Assembly: GCF_011386835.1 (NCBI RefSeq)
Contig: NC_088796.1
Coordinates: 84,506,001-84,570,000 of the forward strand
Direction of reading: 5' to 3'
Length of the DNA: 64,000 nt
From: Chrysemys picta bellii
Lineage: Eukaryota
How positions within the stretch are numbered: the stretch's first letter is position 1; the number at the start of each line of letters is the position of its first letter. The translations under genes and the position numbers were made by a program. This document shows positions 1-12,204 of the stretch, one piece after another. The notes beneath the pieces are model-generated. The model saw only the letters and a list, made by a program, of their open reading frames with translations. It made no database searches and had not been told where the DNA came from.

Positions 1-505
1 TGATATTGAACAAAACTGGCCCCAGGACTGACCCTTGGGGCACTCCGCTTGATACCGGCTGCCAACTAGACATGGAGCCGTTGATCACTACCCGTTGAGC
101 CCAATGATCTAGCCAGCTTTCTATCCACCTTATAGTCCATTCATCCAGCCCATACTTCTTTAACTTGCCGGCAAGAATACTGTGGGAGACCGTATCAAAA
201 GTTTTGCTAAAGTCAAGGAATAACACGTCCACTGCTTTCCCCTCATCCACAGAGCCAGTTATCTTGTCATAGAAGGCAATTAGGTTAGTCAGGCATGACT
301 TGCCCTTGGTGAATCCATGCTGACTGTTCCTGATCACTTTCCTCTCCTCTAAGTGCTCCAGAATTGATTCCTTGAGGACCTGCTCCATGATTTTTCCAGG
401 GACTGAGGTGAGGCTGACTGGCCTGTAGTTCCCCGGATCCTCCTTCTTCCCTTTTTTAAAGATGGGCACTACATTAGCCTTTTTCCAGTCATCTGGGACC
501 ACCCC
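1..505 (-). mobile_element. CR1 LINE fragment, reverse-transcriptase region (runs off window start)
   Basis: Minus strand reads [72 protein letters not shown], typical CR1 RT motifs. Confidence 0.92.
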
Positions 506-1149
506 GGATAGCCTAACAGTCCAGGAAATAAACAGCAGTTCAAGCTGTAGGGCTGACTCAAGTGTCTTGATTCATTATCCTAAATTTGCTTTTCGTGTGG
601 TACCTGGAACACTTTGTTGTATTTGCTGGGTGTAAAATTCATCCCTTAGCTTTCCTAATACATTGTGAAGGGGTTTGTACCACAATCAGGCCCTGAAGGG
701 GTTAATGTGGGCCTGAGGGGCCAGAGCAGGTGCCTGGTTGCACCTGGTGGAAGATCCAGATTTAACTGAATAAGAGGCTCAGCTGGGCTGGAGTAGGCTG
801 GATTATAAAGCCAGGATGTTTACAGCAGAAAGAGACGATAGGAAGAGAGTCTAGAGTCAACTCTCTGGGAGCAGAGTGGAGGGAAAGTGAAAACCTAGGA
901 GGGAGACTAAGCCCCAGGGTTCGAGACCTAGAAGAGACTGTGCTTGTTCAGGGTAACTGGCTTTCTGCTCCTTCTCTTCTTCTGTTTCTCCTGCTTTTCT
1001 CTCTCTCTGACCCCTCCCTCTACTAAAATCCAGTCTCTATGTTTGCCATGAGGGCCAGGACCCTGTCGCAGCAACTTCTGTGCAGTCGAAAACCAGCTTG
1101 CTCCTAGGGTAGGCTGACATCCACATTGGCTCAATTTGGTTCAGAACGA

Positions 1150-2650
1150 GGGTAGGTGATGCTCAAGAGGGAGACTGGACTATAACTAGACGGGTAATCT
1201 GCACGTTTTTCAGGCTTTAGGAGTGCAATAACCTTGACTTCTGTCCACACACTGCAGATTTCACCAGTCTCCAGGATGTTGGTGAAAAGCTGCATCATCC
1301 ATTACTGTGCTAGTGGACCCAGGTTATATAGGAACTCAAGATAGATACTTTCTTTTCTTGCTGCTTTTCCCAATTTCATGGCTACAATGGCTTCATAAAT
1401 CTCCTTACTTGTGAATGGTCCAAATCATTGGGATGATGGAGCACATGTGGACATCACCTGCTAGAGCTGATGCCGGACTTGGTTGTAATACTGTTTGTCC
1501 ACAGGCTGTTTTGATGTCCATAAAAATTTAGCAGCAATGGCATTGTCTTTCACCTGCAGCCTAGTGGCATGTGTGAGATTTGCAACCCCAAGGTGTTGCA
1601 GCAGACTCCAAGCGCATCTGCTCTAGCCATTGTTTCCACCTTGCTGCATCCACTGATGCCAGGAGGGCTTTTCCAATTTCTGAGTCTCTTCACTCATCAT
1701 ATTTATGGAGGAGCTCTTGGCGCTCTGCAGTTCACCAAAGAGTGTACAATGACATGTGTCCCTGGGGGGTAGGGGAGGAGATTGTTCTTCTGTGTAGCGG
1801 AGATTAGGAGCTCAGTAAAATGGTCAAAAGTCTTCCGTGTTGGGGGAATGTGGGAGGTTGTATTGTCCACAGTCCTAGTGAAAGGGCCCAGTCTGCTTTT
1901 TTGAAGTTCTAGTGCAGCACTGGTTTTAAGTAGAGAACTGGGATTTGAATGCCAATATGGGCAGTACTGGTCTGTGCTGGCTGTTCAGGAAATCATAGAG
2001 GACGATCTGCAATGCGGGTATTGGTGGCCCTGGTATCATCTTTAGATATGACATTCAGGTGAGGGCACTATCCTCTGCCCCATCTTGCAGATTGGAAAAG
2101 ACATGCCCTTTCACATAAAAAAGGAGGAACATATAATCTACGGATGCCCAGCATGTCAGTTCTTCACCTGCAATGTGGTTTGCTGCATAGCCCCACTGGG
2201 TGAAGTGACTATTACAGGTGCATGCAAATACAGCAGGGTCCTGTGCATTCTGCAGAGCTGGCTGAGGGCACAGAGCCCCAGGTGGTTGATATATATTAGC
2301 GATGGTAAGCTTGCCAATGTGTTGTTTGTTTGTATGCTGCTGGAGACAGAAACACATTCACTGAGCTCCTGCTTTATGTAAATTGCCAGCCTTTATTTTG
2401 AGTGGTAATTGCTGGAGCTGAGTTTATAGCCATTGATTTTGTAGCAACAGGCTTTTTCTTCCTTTGGAACATGGGTCTCCTGGAGGGAGCGGATGTTTAG
2501 GACAGCAGTCTTCAGCATTTTCTCCAGGTAGTCACACTTGGCCCAACTGAGAGAGGCCTCAATATTCAATTGGCAGATCTTTACCCCAGGTCCAATCTGC
2601 CTAGAACATTGACCCTGACAAGGTAGACTTATTTTGTTGTTCTTTTGACT
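1150..2650 (-). mobile_element. Degenerate Vingi/Ingi-type non-LTR retrotransposon (APE endonuclease plus start of RT)
   Basis: Broken minus-strand frames give QETH, IANIYQPP, NSHFTQWGY, DFPNSQHRPVL, NFKKADW and YLEFLYNLGP..LFTNILETG..VIALLKP in the expected order; many stops and frameshifts; boundaries approximate. Confidence 0.7.
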
Positions 2651-2790
2651 GGGAGGTTAGATGTTCCATCGACAGTTTGATGTCAGTCATTATTTCCCAC
2701 TTAACAGGGTGGACTGTGTGAAAGTCATCATCTTCCACCCCAAAAAAGCAAAATAAACATGAAACAACTCTACTTTCTTAATGTCATCAG

Positions 2791-3421
2791 CAGTGTTCCC
2801 TCTAATTTTTTACATCCATGTGTGGGTTGAATTTTGTTATATGTACCAATATGGAGATGATGTGTGGCGGGGTGGGGCTGAGGGATTCGGAGCGTGGGAG
2901 AGGGCTCAGGGCTGGGGCAGATGGTTGGGGTGCGGGAGGGGTGAGGGCTCTGGCTGGGGGATGCGGGCCCTGGAGTGGGGCCGGGGATGAGAGGTTTGGG
3001 GTATGGGAGGGGGCTCAGGGCTAGAGCAAAGGGTTGGGAGTGCGGGGGAGGGGGATTAAGGGCTCTGGCTGGGAGTGCGAGTTCTGGGGGTGGGGGGATG
3101 AGGGGTTTGGGGTGCAGGCTGCCCTGGGGCTGCAGTGGGGAGAGAGGACTCCCCCCAGCCCTCTCTTGCCACAGCAGCCCGGGGCCCGGTGAGAGGCGCC
3201 TCTCCTTGGCCATGGCAGCCCCATGCCAGGGCTGGGGGAGAGGGACCTCTCCTTGCCGCGGAAGCCCCGGGGCTGGGGCCGGGGGAGAAGTGCTTCTCTC
3301 TGCCACAGCCCTGCACGCCCCCTACCTCTCTCCTCTCCACTCCACTCCAGGCCCCTAAGGCTGCATGACTGCATGCCCTTGATAGCCTGCTGCATGGTCA
3401 CGCAGCTTAGAGGGAACTTAG
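2791..3421. mobile_element. hAT-type non-autonomous element with GC-rich internal repeats
   Basis: Termini CAGTGTTCCCTCTAA / TTAGAGGGAACTTAG; 8-bp TSD GTCATCAG at 2783-2790 and 3422-3429. Confidence 0.85.
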
Positions 3422-3573
3422 GTCATCAGTTATTAGCTCTCCTGCCCTGCTAAAGAGAGGCCCTATACTTTCCTTCATCTTTCTGTTGCTCCTAATGTAT
3501 TTAAAGAATCTCTTCTTATTGTTTTTTATATTCCTTGCTACATGTAACTCATTTTGTGCTTTAGCCTTTCTAA

Positions 3574-5693
3574 GCCCTGGTCTACACTACGAGTTTAGGT
3601 CAAATTTAGCAGCATTAGATCGATTTAACCCTGCACCCGTCCACACAACAAAGCCATTTTTGTCAACTTAAAGGGCTCTTAAAATCGATTTCTGTATTCC
3701 TCCCCGACGAGGGGATTAGCACTGAAATCGATCCTGCTGGGTCGAATTTGGGGTAGTGTGGATGTAATTCGACAGTATTGGCCTCCCAGAGCTAACTCAG
3801 AGTGCTCCATTTTGACCACTCTGGACAGCACTCTCAACTCAGATGCACTGGCCAGGTAGACAGGAAAAGCCCCAGGAACTTTTGAATTTCATTTCCTGTT
3901 TGGCCAGCATAGCGAGCTGATCAGCACAGGTGACCATGGAGTCCCAGAATTGCAAAAGAGCTCCAGCATGGACTGAACAGGAGGTACTGCATCTGATCGC
4001 TGTATGAGGAGACAAATCTGTGCTATCCGAACTCCGTTCCAAAAGAAGAAATGCCGGAATATTTGAAAAAAATCTCCAAGGGCATGAAGGACAGAGGTTA
4101 TAACAGGGACCCGCAGTAGTGCAGCGTGAAGCCTACCAAAGAACCAGAGAGGCAAACGGCCGCTCTGGGTCAGAGCCCCAGACATGCCACTTCTATGATG
4201 AGCTGCATGCCATTCTAGGGGGTTCCCCTATAACTACCCTACCCCTGTGCTTCCCTCCTCCCCCACCCTTCCCGGGCTACCTTGGCAGTTATCCCCCCAT
4301 TTGTGTGATGAATTAATAAAGAATGCATGAATTTGAAACAACAATGACTTTATTGCCTCTGCAAGCGGAGATCAAAGAGGGGAGGGAGGGCAGTTGCCTT
4401 ACAGGGAAGTAGAGTGAACCAAGGGGGTGGGTTTTCATCAAGGAGAAACAAACAGAACTTTCACACCGTAGCCTGGCCAGTCATGAAACTGGTTTTCAAA
4501 GCTTCTCTGATGCGCAGCATGCCCTGCTGTGCTCTTCTAACCACCCTGGTGTCTGGCTGTGCGTAATCAGTGGCCAGGCGATTTGCCTCAACCTCCCACC
4601 CTGCCATAAATGTCTCCCCCTTACTCTCACAGATATTGTGGAGCGCACAGCAAGCAGAAATAACGATGGGAATATTGGTTTCGCTGAGGTCTAACCAAGT
4701 CAGTAAACTGCGCCAGTGAGCTTTTAAATGTCCAAAGGCACATTCTAACACCATCCTTCACTTGCTCAGCCTATAGTTGAACTGCTCCTTACTACTGTCC
4801 AGGCTTCATGAGCCATGGGAGCAAGGGATAGGCTGGGGTAGGTGCAACCGCGCAGTACTGCTGACTGGGAGAGCAGCCTGAGGCAGAAGCCTCCAGCTGG
4901 CATGATATTCCAGGCAGAACTGAATCTCTATTAGATGAAACTTAAAGAAGAGAATGACCTGGAGTCATTCCCATTTTTGTCCAGGCGCTCCCGACCAACC
5001 TAACCGAGGTCAGCCAGGAGCACCCACGGGACGATGACGAGGGCTAGCAGTCGTATTGCACCATCTGCCGTCCGCAAAACAAGGCAAGGCAAGGCAAGGC
5101 AAGGCAAGGGGATGCTTCTGTGTAGCACTGCAGTACCGCATCTGCCAGCAGCATCCAGGAAACATACAGCTGAGCGGGCTCCATGCTTGCTGTGGTATGT
5201 CGTCTGCACAGGTAACCCAGGAAAAAAGGCGAGAAACGATTTTTTGCCGTTGCTTTCATGGAGGGAGGGAAGGAGGGGGGGCCTGACGACATGTACCCAG
5301 AACAACCCGCGACAATGTTTTTGCCCCGTCAGGCATTGGGAGCTCAACCCAGAATTCCAATGGGCAGCGGAGACTGCGGGAACTGTGGGATAGCTACCAC
5401 AGTGCAACACTCCGAAAGTCAACGCTAGCCTCAAGTATCAGAGGGGTAGCCGTGTTAGTCTGAATCTGTAAAAAGCAACAGAGGGTCCTGTGGCACCTTT
5501 AAGGCTAACAGAAGTATTGGGAGCATAAGCTTTTGTGGGTAAGAACCTCACTTCTTCAGATGCCTCGGTACTGTGGACGCACACTGCCGACTTAATGCGC
5601 TTAGTGGGGACACACACAATCGACAATATCAAATCAATTTCTAAAAAATCGACTTCTATTAAATTGACCTAATTTTGTAGTGTAGACATACCC
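3574..5693. mobile_element. PIF/Harbinger transposon deletion derivative
   Basis: TIR-like ends (..GTCTACACTAC / GTAGTGTAGACATACCC) with TAA TSD. Disrupted Myb/SANT-like ORF on + from ATG 3936 (MESQNCKRAPAWTEQEVLHLIAV, later FYDELHAILGG). DDE transposase C-terminus on - at 4461-4754 (ECAFGHLKAHW..ACCALHNICE). Confidence 0.92.
5433..5563 (-). mobile_element. Penelope-like element 3' terminal stub with decayed hammerhead motif, nested in the Harbinger
   Basis: Matches the terminus at 32217-32320 and 49658-49790. Minus strand 5563-5523 reads GCAT-CTGAAGA-A-stem-AAAAGCTT-ATGC (GAAA changed to AAAA). GCCTC occurs at both junctions. Confidence 0.8.
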
Positions 5694-7325
5694 TAACTTT
5701 ATTCCCCCTTGCTTGTGCTATTCACAGGTACCAACTTCTCCTCTGGCCAGTGGGTGCTCAACCCCACAGCCCCTGCTCTGCCCTCGCCCCACCCCCATTC
5801 CACTCCTTCCCCAAGTCCCTCCCCCCTCCCGATTGTGCTGGTGGAGAGCAATGCATATTTGCCCTAATGGAGGGGATATTCAGGCCCTTGGTCTTCAGAT
5901 GCATGTAAGTAACAATAGGAGTTGCCCATGCCTATCTGAGGGAATAAGTAGGCCCATAGATTAGAGAGTACACACCTTCGGGTATAGGTAAAATAAAAAA
6001 CAGTATTGCACAATGTAAATTAATTGTAATATTCCTGCATATAAAAGGGAAATGAAATCAGACTTGGAAAAGATTTGATATATGTACAGTAGCAGCCTTC
6101 TAAAAAAGGATTAGCAGGCTAGTAAATACGAGATGAAAATGTTTTCTATTATCCTGCTCCCCATCAATCCCCTCAGTTACAGCCCTACAATTTACTGTAG
6201 TGTCAAATGCATCTGTGATCTATGTTACAACTTATTCAGCTTTTCCCACCATTACACCTCTTTCTAGCACCATGCGCCCTTTCCACCATCACATCCTCCT
6301 GGTAGTCTTCGGCATCGGTACTGAAGTTGGTTCTTACTATAAACACCCATCCTGAATCTCTATAAGCAATTCAGTATGGATCAAGTAACCAGCCACAGCG
6401 GTACCTGTAGCTACATTTTTAGCACAAATCCACAGCAGGAAGCAGTTCTCTGTGTTCTTACTTTACTTACTTTACTTTTTTTAGAAATCAGAGCTCATGT
6501 GAAGAAAATGTGAGCTCATTAGAGCAATTACAGGATGAATAATGGGGCATCTTGTGCTGGCCAATATAGATCTCAAATGTGAGATCTCACCAAGATTAAA
6601 GCCGAAGGCATACGTGGGCTCCGATTCCCGTGTGAAGAAGTACTGGGGCCAGACAAAGATCACTTCTTTATGCTTTATCACTTAATCATATTCATCCTTT
6701 CATGTATCCTAGTTAAAAAAATTGTCCCTATTTGTTTCACTGATCCTATTGCTGCCCTTGCTACTTGTAATTGTTATTGTGTAAAGCAACTCCACCTTCT
6801 TTTGTGCCCACTTTTCCTTCGCTTAAGTTGCTGCCCTCTCTCTTTCTTGTAAGTGAGAAGAGTGGGAGAGAATCCTGTCAAGAACCCTAAAGTGATCAAA
6901 ACATGTCTAGGGATTGTGTGGAAATTGAAAAGACCTAACAAAAGAGTCACCCTTATAAATGGAAGTAATGCACAGACCTTAGAGCAAAAATGCTGAGGAG
7001 ACTTTGTATGAAATATGCTGAAAGTAAAAGACATTCAAATTGTTATGAGAAGTGAAAAGAGGCTTCAGACTCTTTTGAATAGCCATCAGAGGAACACAAA
7101 GGACTGTTGCTCACAGTTATCTCACTTTAAATCCACTACAAGAATGTTTAGCTTTCTAGTTACATATGCAGATATGCTCACTAACTACATCTGTAGTTTT
7201 GATTTTATTTACATGAATGGACTGTTACTCAAATCCCATTGTTCTGTATATGCCATGAGATTAGTTTGGAGCAAAACTCTTAAGCTGTAATACTATTAAA
7301 ATGCAGATAACTAAATTCTCTGGGT

Positions 7326-7389
7326 GAAATCCTGGCTTCATATAAGTCAATGGGAGTTTTACCACTGACTGTAATGGAGCCAGGATTTC
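7326..7389. repeat. Short palindromic (hairpin) interspersed repeat; relatives at about 9665-9708 and 52186-52253
   Basis: Arms GAAATCCTGGCTTCAT / ATGGAGCCAGGATTTC around an AAGTCAATGG core; the related copies have their own complementary arms. Confidence 0.7.
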
Positions 7390-7534
7390 TGTCACTGTAC
7401 TGCATGATGGAGTGAAAGTGAAATAAAGGGTGGGGAAGGGTGGGGGGGGGGGAGAGAGAAGGGGGAGAAAAGTACACTTACTTAGTGCCTGCCATCTGAT
7501 TGTGTCAAAATAATTTACCAACATTAATAAAGCC

Positions 7535-7690
7535 TCAGATCAACCCTATGAGTTATACACATTTTATAGATGGGGAAACTAAGACACAATGAGATCAATT
7601 GACTTGCCCAAGGTCACCCTAGTGAGCAGTGGCTCCACTGAAAAGGGAATCCAGGAGTCTGGGCAGGCAGTTCCTAGGCTAACCACTACT
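7535..7690 (+). mobile_element. MIR/CORE-SINE-like fragment
   Basis: Contains CATTTTATAGATGGGGAAACTAAG..GACTTGCCCAAGGTCAC, close to the MIR core. Confidence 0.65.
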
Positions 7691-8289
7691 AGATCAAAGA
7701 AGGAGAGGATGAGGAGGAAGTTGATGACTAGCTAATCTACTTCTGTTTTTGCAATCTCATCAGCAAGTAGTGTCTATGCAGAGGGTGGCAGTAAAGACAG
7801 GCTAAGTGGGGAGAGGAGAGAAAGTAGGAGGAAGAAAGTGGGGCAGGAAGTATAATTGCCTGTTCTAGATTTTTTCCAATGCAGGACAGTGTGTATATGC
7901 TATGCCTCCTTTCCTCAGTTATAAATTACAGTTTATTCTTTTCCTCAGTGATTTTTAAGACAAGGGACCCCATCTCTGCATGGTACAGAGGTATAGGTAG
8001 AGAACTGGATTATTTGTACTCTAGATAATTTACTAATCCTTAAAAGAATTTGTTTAGTCTTCAGCAAAGCAAAGTATTGAATTCCTGGAAGGATTCCAGT
8101 TTCCTCCAGCTCCATTTTAACCAAAATCATCTACAAAACTATATACAAAACTTTCCTAAATGATGAAGTGGGAAGACAGGTCCTTAGAAATACTTGAATG
8201 GGAACATGTTAGAAAGAGTTTTACTAATTAATTATAGGGCAAGGCAGTTACAGTTGAAGATACAGTTAGACTAATTGTAACTCACACAC

Positions 8290-8466
8290 CTTTTGGATGT
8301 GGTGTTCTGTCCCATCTAGTGGCACCAAGACCACTTAAAGAGAGAGATAAAATGAGTCTGCTTAACAGCCAGTTGGCTTTTAGCTCATGGAGTAGAGGCT
8401 CATGCACTAAGTTCCAGAGGTCCCAGGTTCGATCCCATCCACCGACAACTGGGGTTTATCAGCATT
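8290..8466 (+). mobile_element. Repeat with tRNA-like A/B boxes (SINE-like), not a tRNA gene
   Basis: TAGCTCATGGAGTAGAG (A-box like) followed by GGTTCGATCCC (B-box like); no complete cloverleaf seen. Confidence 0.45.
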
Positions 8467-8469
8467 ACA

Positions 8470-9464
8470 CAGTAACTCCTCACTTAAAGTTGTCCTGGTT
8501 AACGTTGTTACGTTGCTGATCAATTAGGGAACATGTTCATTTAAAGTTGTGCAATGCTCCTTTCTAACGTCATTTGGCAGCCGCCTGCTTTGTCCACTGC
8601 ATGAGCAGCCCGTTGCAGCTAGCTGGTGGGGGCTTGGAACCAGGGTGGACTGGCAGCCCCACTATCAGCTCCCCGCTCCCGTAAGTTCCCTGTGCTGCAG
8701 CCGCTCAGCAGGCTATCAATTGGCAGTTCAGCTCTCCTCCCCCCACTGCCATGTGCTGCTCCTGCCCTCTACCTTGGAGCTGTTCCCAGAGACTCCTGCT
8801 TTACTGTGCAGGGGGGGAAGAGAGGGGGCTAATGTCAGGGTGTCCCTCTCCCCCCTGCTCCTGCACCCCGCTTACCCCTTCTCCATATAGAGCAGGGAGG
8901 GGACACAGAGGGAACAAGACAGAGAGCTTGGGGCAGCAGCTGTTGTCTCAACTTCCTGATCCACTTAAAAAGAAAATGCACTTAAGAGTAGGTCAGCTTA
9001 CTTAAAGGGACAGGGTGCAGCTCTCTCTCTCTTTCCCACACACAAGGTGTGTGTCTGTTTCTGTCTGCTATACTGTCTCCCCTCCCTCATGTTCGTGCTG
9101 CCTTGATGAGAGGCTACATTAACAACAATGTGTTAACACTTGAGGGCTCAGCCGAGTGCTAGTTCATCATTTAGCAGTAAGGCATTCCCTGGGAAATATC
9201 CCTCCCTCTTCCACCCTCTAACTTCACCACCTCAACCAAGCTTCACAATCATCATAGCTGAGAACAGTATTACATTGTTTGTTTAAAACGTATACTGTGT
9301 GTATATCTATGTAATATATAGTTTTTTGTCTGGTGAAATTTCCCTGGAACCTAACCCCCTCATTTACATTAATTCTTATGGGGAAATTGGATTCACTTAA
9401 CATCGTTTCGCTTAAAGTCTCATTTTTCAGGAACATAACTACAACGTTAAGCGAGGAGTTACTG
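8470..9464. mobile_element. Tc1/mariner (Tigger-like) non-autonomous element
   Basis: TIRs CAGTAACTCCTCACTTAAAGTTG / CAACGTTAAGCGAGGAGTTACTG; TA on the right flank, CA on the left. Confidence 0.8.
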
Positions 9465-11224
9465 TATAATTACTTTAGTTAGCCCATAAACTCTGAAAGT
9501 ACAAAAGTGCTCGTGTTAGAGTTTCTCTACTTTATATTTATTAGAACATAACACAGGCATTTTAGTACCAGCTGTGCTTTAGCTAGAAAATTTCTTCACA
9601 AGTACAGCCTACTGGTTTTGAAGAGAAACTGTCATAATCATTGCTTGTTAAAACAAATTTAAGGCCTGATCCAAAGACCACTGAAGTCAGTGGCATCTTT
9701 GGATCAGGAGAGATCTAGAATATGTATATGAATTCATTGGCCTTTTTCCTTCCTTTCTGTGTTTTTACATATTTCCCTTCAATAACTTGTATTTATTTTA
9801 CAATTTTAATAAACCTTAGCATATAGAAAGTAATCCAGAAATTAATGTCATTACCTCTGGCATATTTGAGGTGTTTGGTTATGACTTTGATAAGTCACAA
9901 ATCCAGGAAGAAGGCATTATGGAAGTGGAGCTGCTCTGAAATAATGTACAAATGCTATATGTTTACTGAATGAATATATTGGTTTAGTTCAATAGAGTGC
10001 AGCTAGAAAAAAACAAGCAAGAAGGGCAATGAATAGCTTGAGATAACCTACCTTTCAGCAAACACTTGAAGGTTGTTAAGGGACAATGCCCCAACCTCTT
10101 AGCTTTGAACATTTTACCTTCTCTCCAGCCAACGTGCATAATCAGTCTTGTCCAGAAGGGCCAAAGCTCCGGAACACAGAAGAATAAAATACTTCTGGAA
10201 GTTTAAGGAGGACCTCCTTCTTAAGAGAGGGGGGAGAGTTGTTCAGGGGAACAAGACAAACACTCTGGAGTATCTGAAGAAGTTAAACCCAACTAGTTTA
10301 CCATAAGAGGATTGTAAGCCTAATAGATATGCCAACAGCATTGTAGATCACTGCTCATAGACTCCTGAAGGGAAGAAACGCAGGTGTCCAAACTCAGTCG
10401 GACCTGCAGGATAAGCATGGTTGATACACATGGTACAGTAGCCAAAAGCCTGGTGTAAGAGTGTGAGAATTGTGGAAATCCACCTTGACCATAGGTGAAG
10501 TCACTGGGGGAGGGTGAGAAGGGGACAGCGCACTAGAGAGAGCATAAAGAGGACAGAGGTGCAGGTAACCCTGAGCCAAGACAGAGGGGAGTAGAGAAAA
10601 AATGGTGTACAAAATGACAAAAGGAGAAGGGCTAGGGGGGAGATGGCAGAATAATATCAATAATACCCATTTGGGGATGGGTTACACCTAATAAACCCCA
10701 GATTTATAAAACAAGGAAATGGGAAGCAAAAAGTTTGAGTATGTGGTGTCAAAGTTTAACATGGCTGCATGGACTAACTTTTCAAACTCTCAAAACAGAG
10801 AGGTTTCACCCAGCTCTTCATCATGTGGCCCTGAATTCTATGTCTCATTAAAAATATGATTAAAAAAAAAAAGGAAAAATTACTTACTAGTTAAACAATG
10901 GCAACAAACAGCACGGCAGACTTACGGGGAGAATCACTCACCAAACTCCCTGTAAACATGGAGTTAAAATTGCTGCCATACAGCAGGGTGTTGCCTCCTC
11001 CTCCCCCTGCACTTCCTGAATGGGAGAGATTAATTCCTCAAATTTAAACATTCAAAAAACCAGGAAACACAGAGTCACAGCTTTTACACAAGAATTACAG
11101 TATAAGCAACCCAACTGACAAACCCCTTTACAAGAGCATTGCAGCTACATTAAAAAAGAAACCTCAGATTAGAAAAAGAAAAATGCAAAGTTAAAATATT
11201 TCTCTGACTAATCAACCACACTGA

Positions 11225-11542
11225 TACCTGAGGGCTCTTCAGTCTATAGATTGAAGGTCAAGATCTACTGACTGGAAATTGAACTCAGCAATGTTCAAAC
11301 TGGAAATAGGCTGCTGTTTTAACAGGAAGGGAAATTAACCATTGGAACAAATGATCAAGAGATGTGATAATTTGGAGTCTTTAAATCAAGATTGGATACA
11401 TCTGTAAAAAAATAAAATTGAACCACAAGTTGTTGGACTAGATGCAGAAAGTACTGGATGAAATCCATGGCCTGTGTTAATCAGGAGGTGAGACAAGAGG
11501 ATCATAATGATTCCCTCCTAGTCTTTAAATCTATGACTATGA
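11225..11542 (+). mobile_element. Old CR1 3' end
   Basis: Resembles the CR1 ORF2 C-terminus (TTCAAACTGGAAATAGG..ATTAACCATTGGAAC) and ends in a CTATGACTATGA tail. Confidence 0.65.
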
Positions 11543-12161
11543 GTAGAGTTATTTGCTCTTTACATCCCAAATGTAATATGAAGGAATCACACAGGCACAA
11601 GAGGGTCCAAATAACTCTGTTTACTAAACATGTATAATATGCAAGGCCTAGCTACGTATACACACTGCTGCTCTGGTGGGTGTCTGGTGGCTTCTGAATC
11701 ACAGAGTGGGCACTCACAAGTTATTTGAAGGAATACTACCCAATTCTTACACAGCATAGTGTATTGGAATTGGGTAGTATATCTGGATTATAGAGAAATT
11801 TGAAAACTGGCTTTAAACTCTATTGCAACCTTACTACAGAGTTGCTATCACTTATCCGTAATTCTCAGTTTGGGGCTTTTCAACTGTGTAGCTCCTCTTA
11901 GTATTAAGGAGTATTGCCTATTTAAATCTCTACCTTGAGCAGATAACATCCATCTACAATGGACAATCAAGAAGTTTTAGTAATGGCTTCTGAAGAGGAT
12001 GTTTCCCTTCATGATTATTTGCTTGGAAGTAGAGGCTAATAATCAAATTTCATTCCCGAGGATTCTTTTTCCATTAGTCACACTCCACTAGGGGAGGGTG
12101 TTCTATCCTTCCCACTAAGCAACTGGGGATCAGTACTGTTATGTAAAAAGAGATCTCTTGG

Positions 12162-12166
<5 letters not shown>

Positions 12167-12196
<30 letters not shown>

Positions 12197-12204
12197 ACAC
12201 ACAC
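12167..12204. repeat. (TC)n(AC)n microsatellite
   Basis: Direct reading. Confidence 0.9.

Noticed and set aside
2770-3453. Cluster of 70-178 aa ORFs on both strands
   Set aside because: They arise from the GC-rich repetitive interior of a TSD-bounded hAT element; Pro/Gly low complexity.
9853-9935. Minus-strand segment with good acceptor and donor
   Set aside because: Stops in all three frames and no linkage to other exons.
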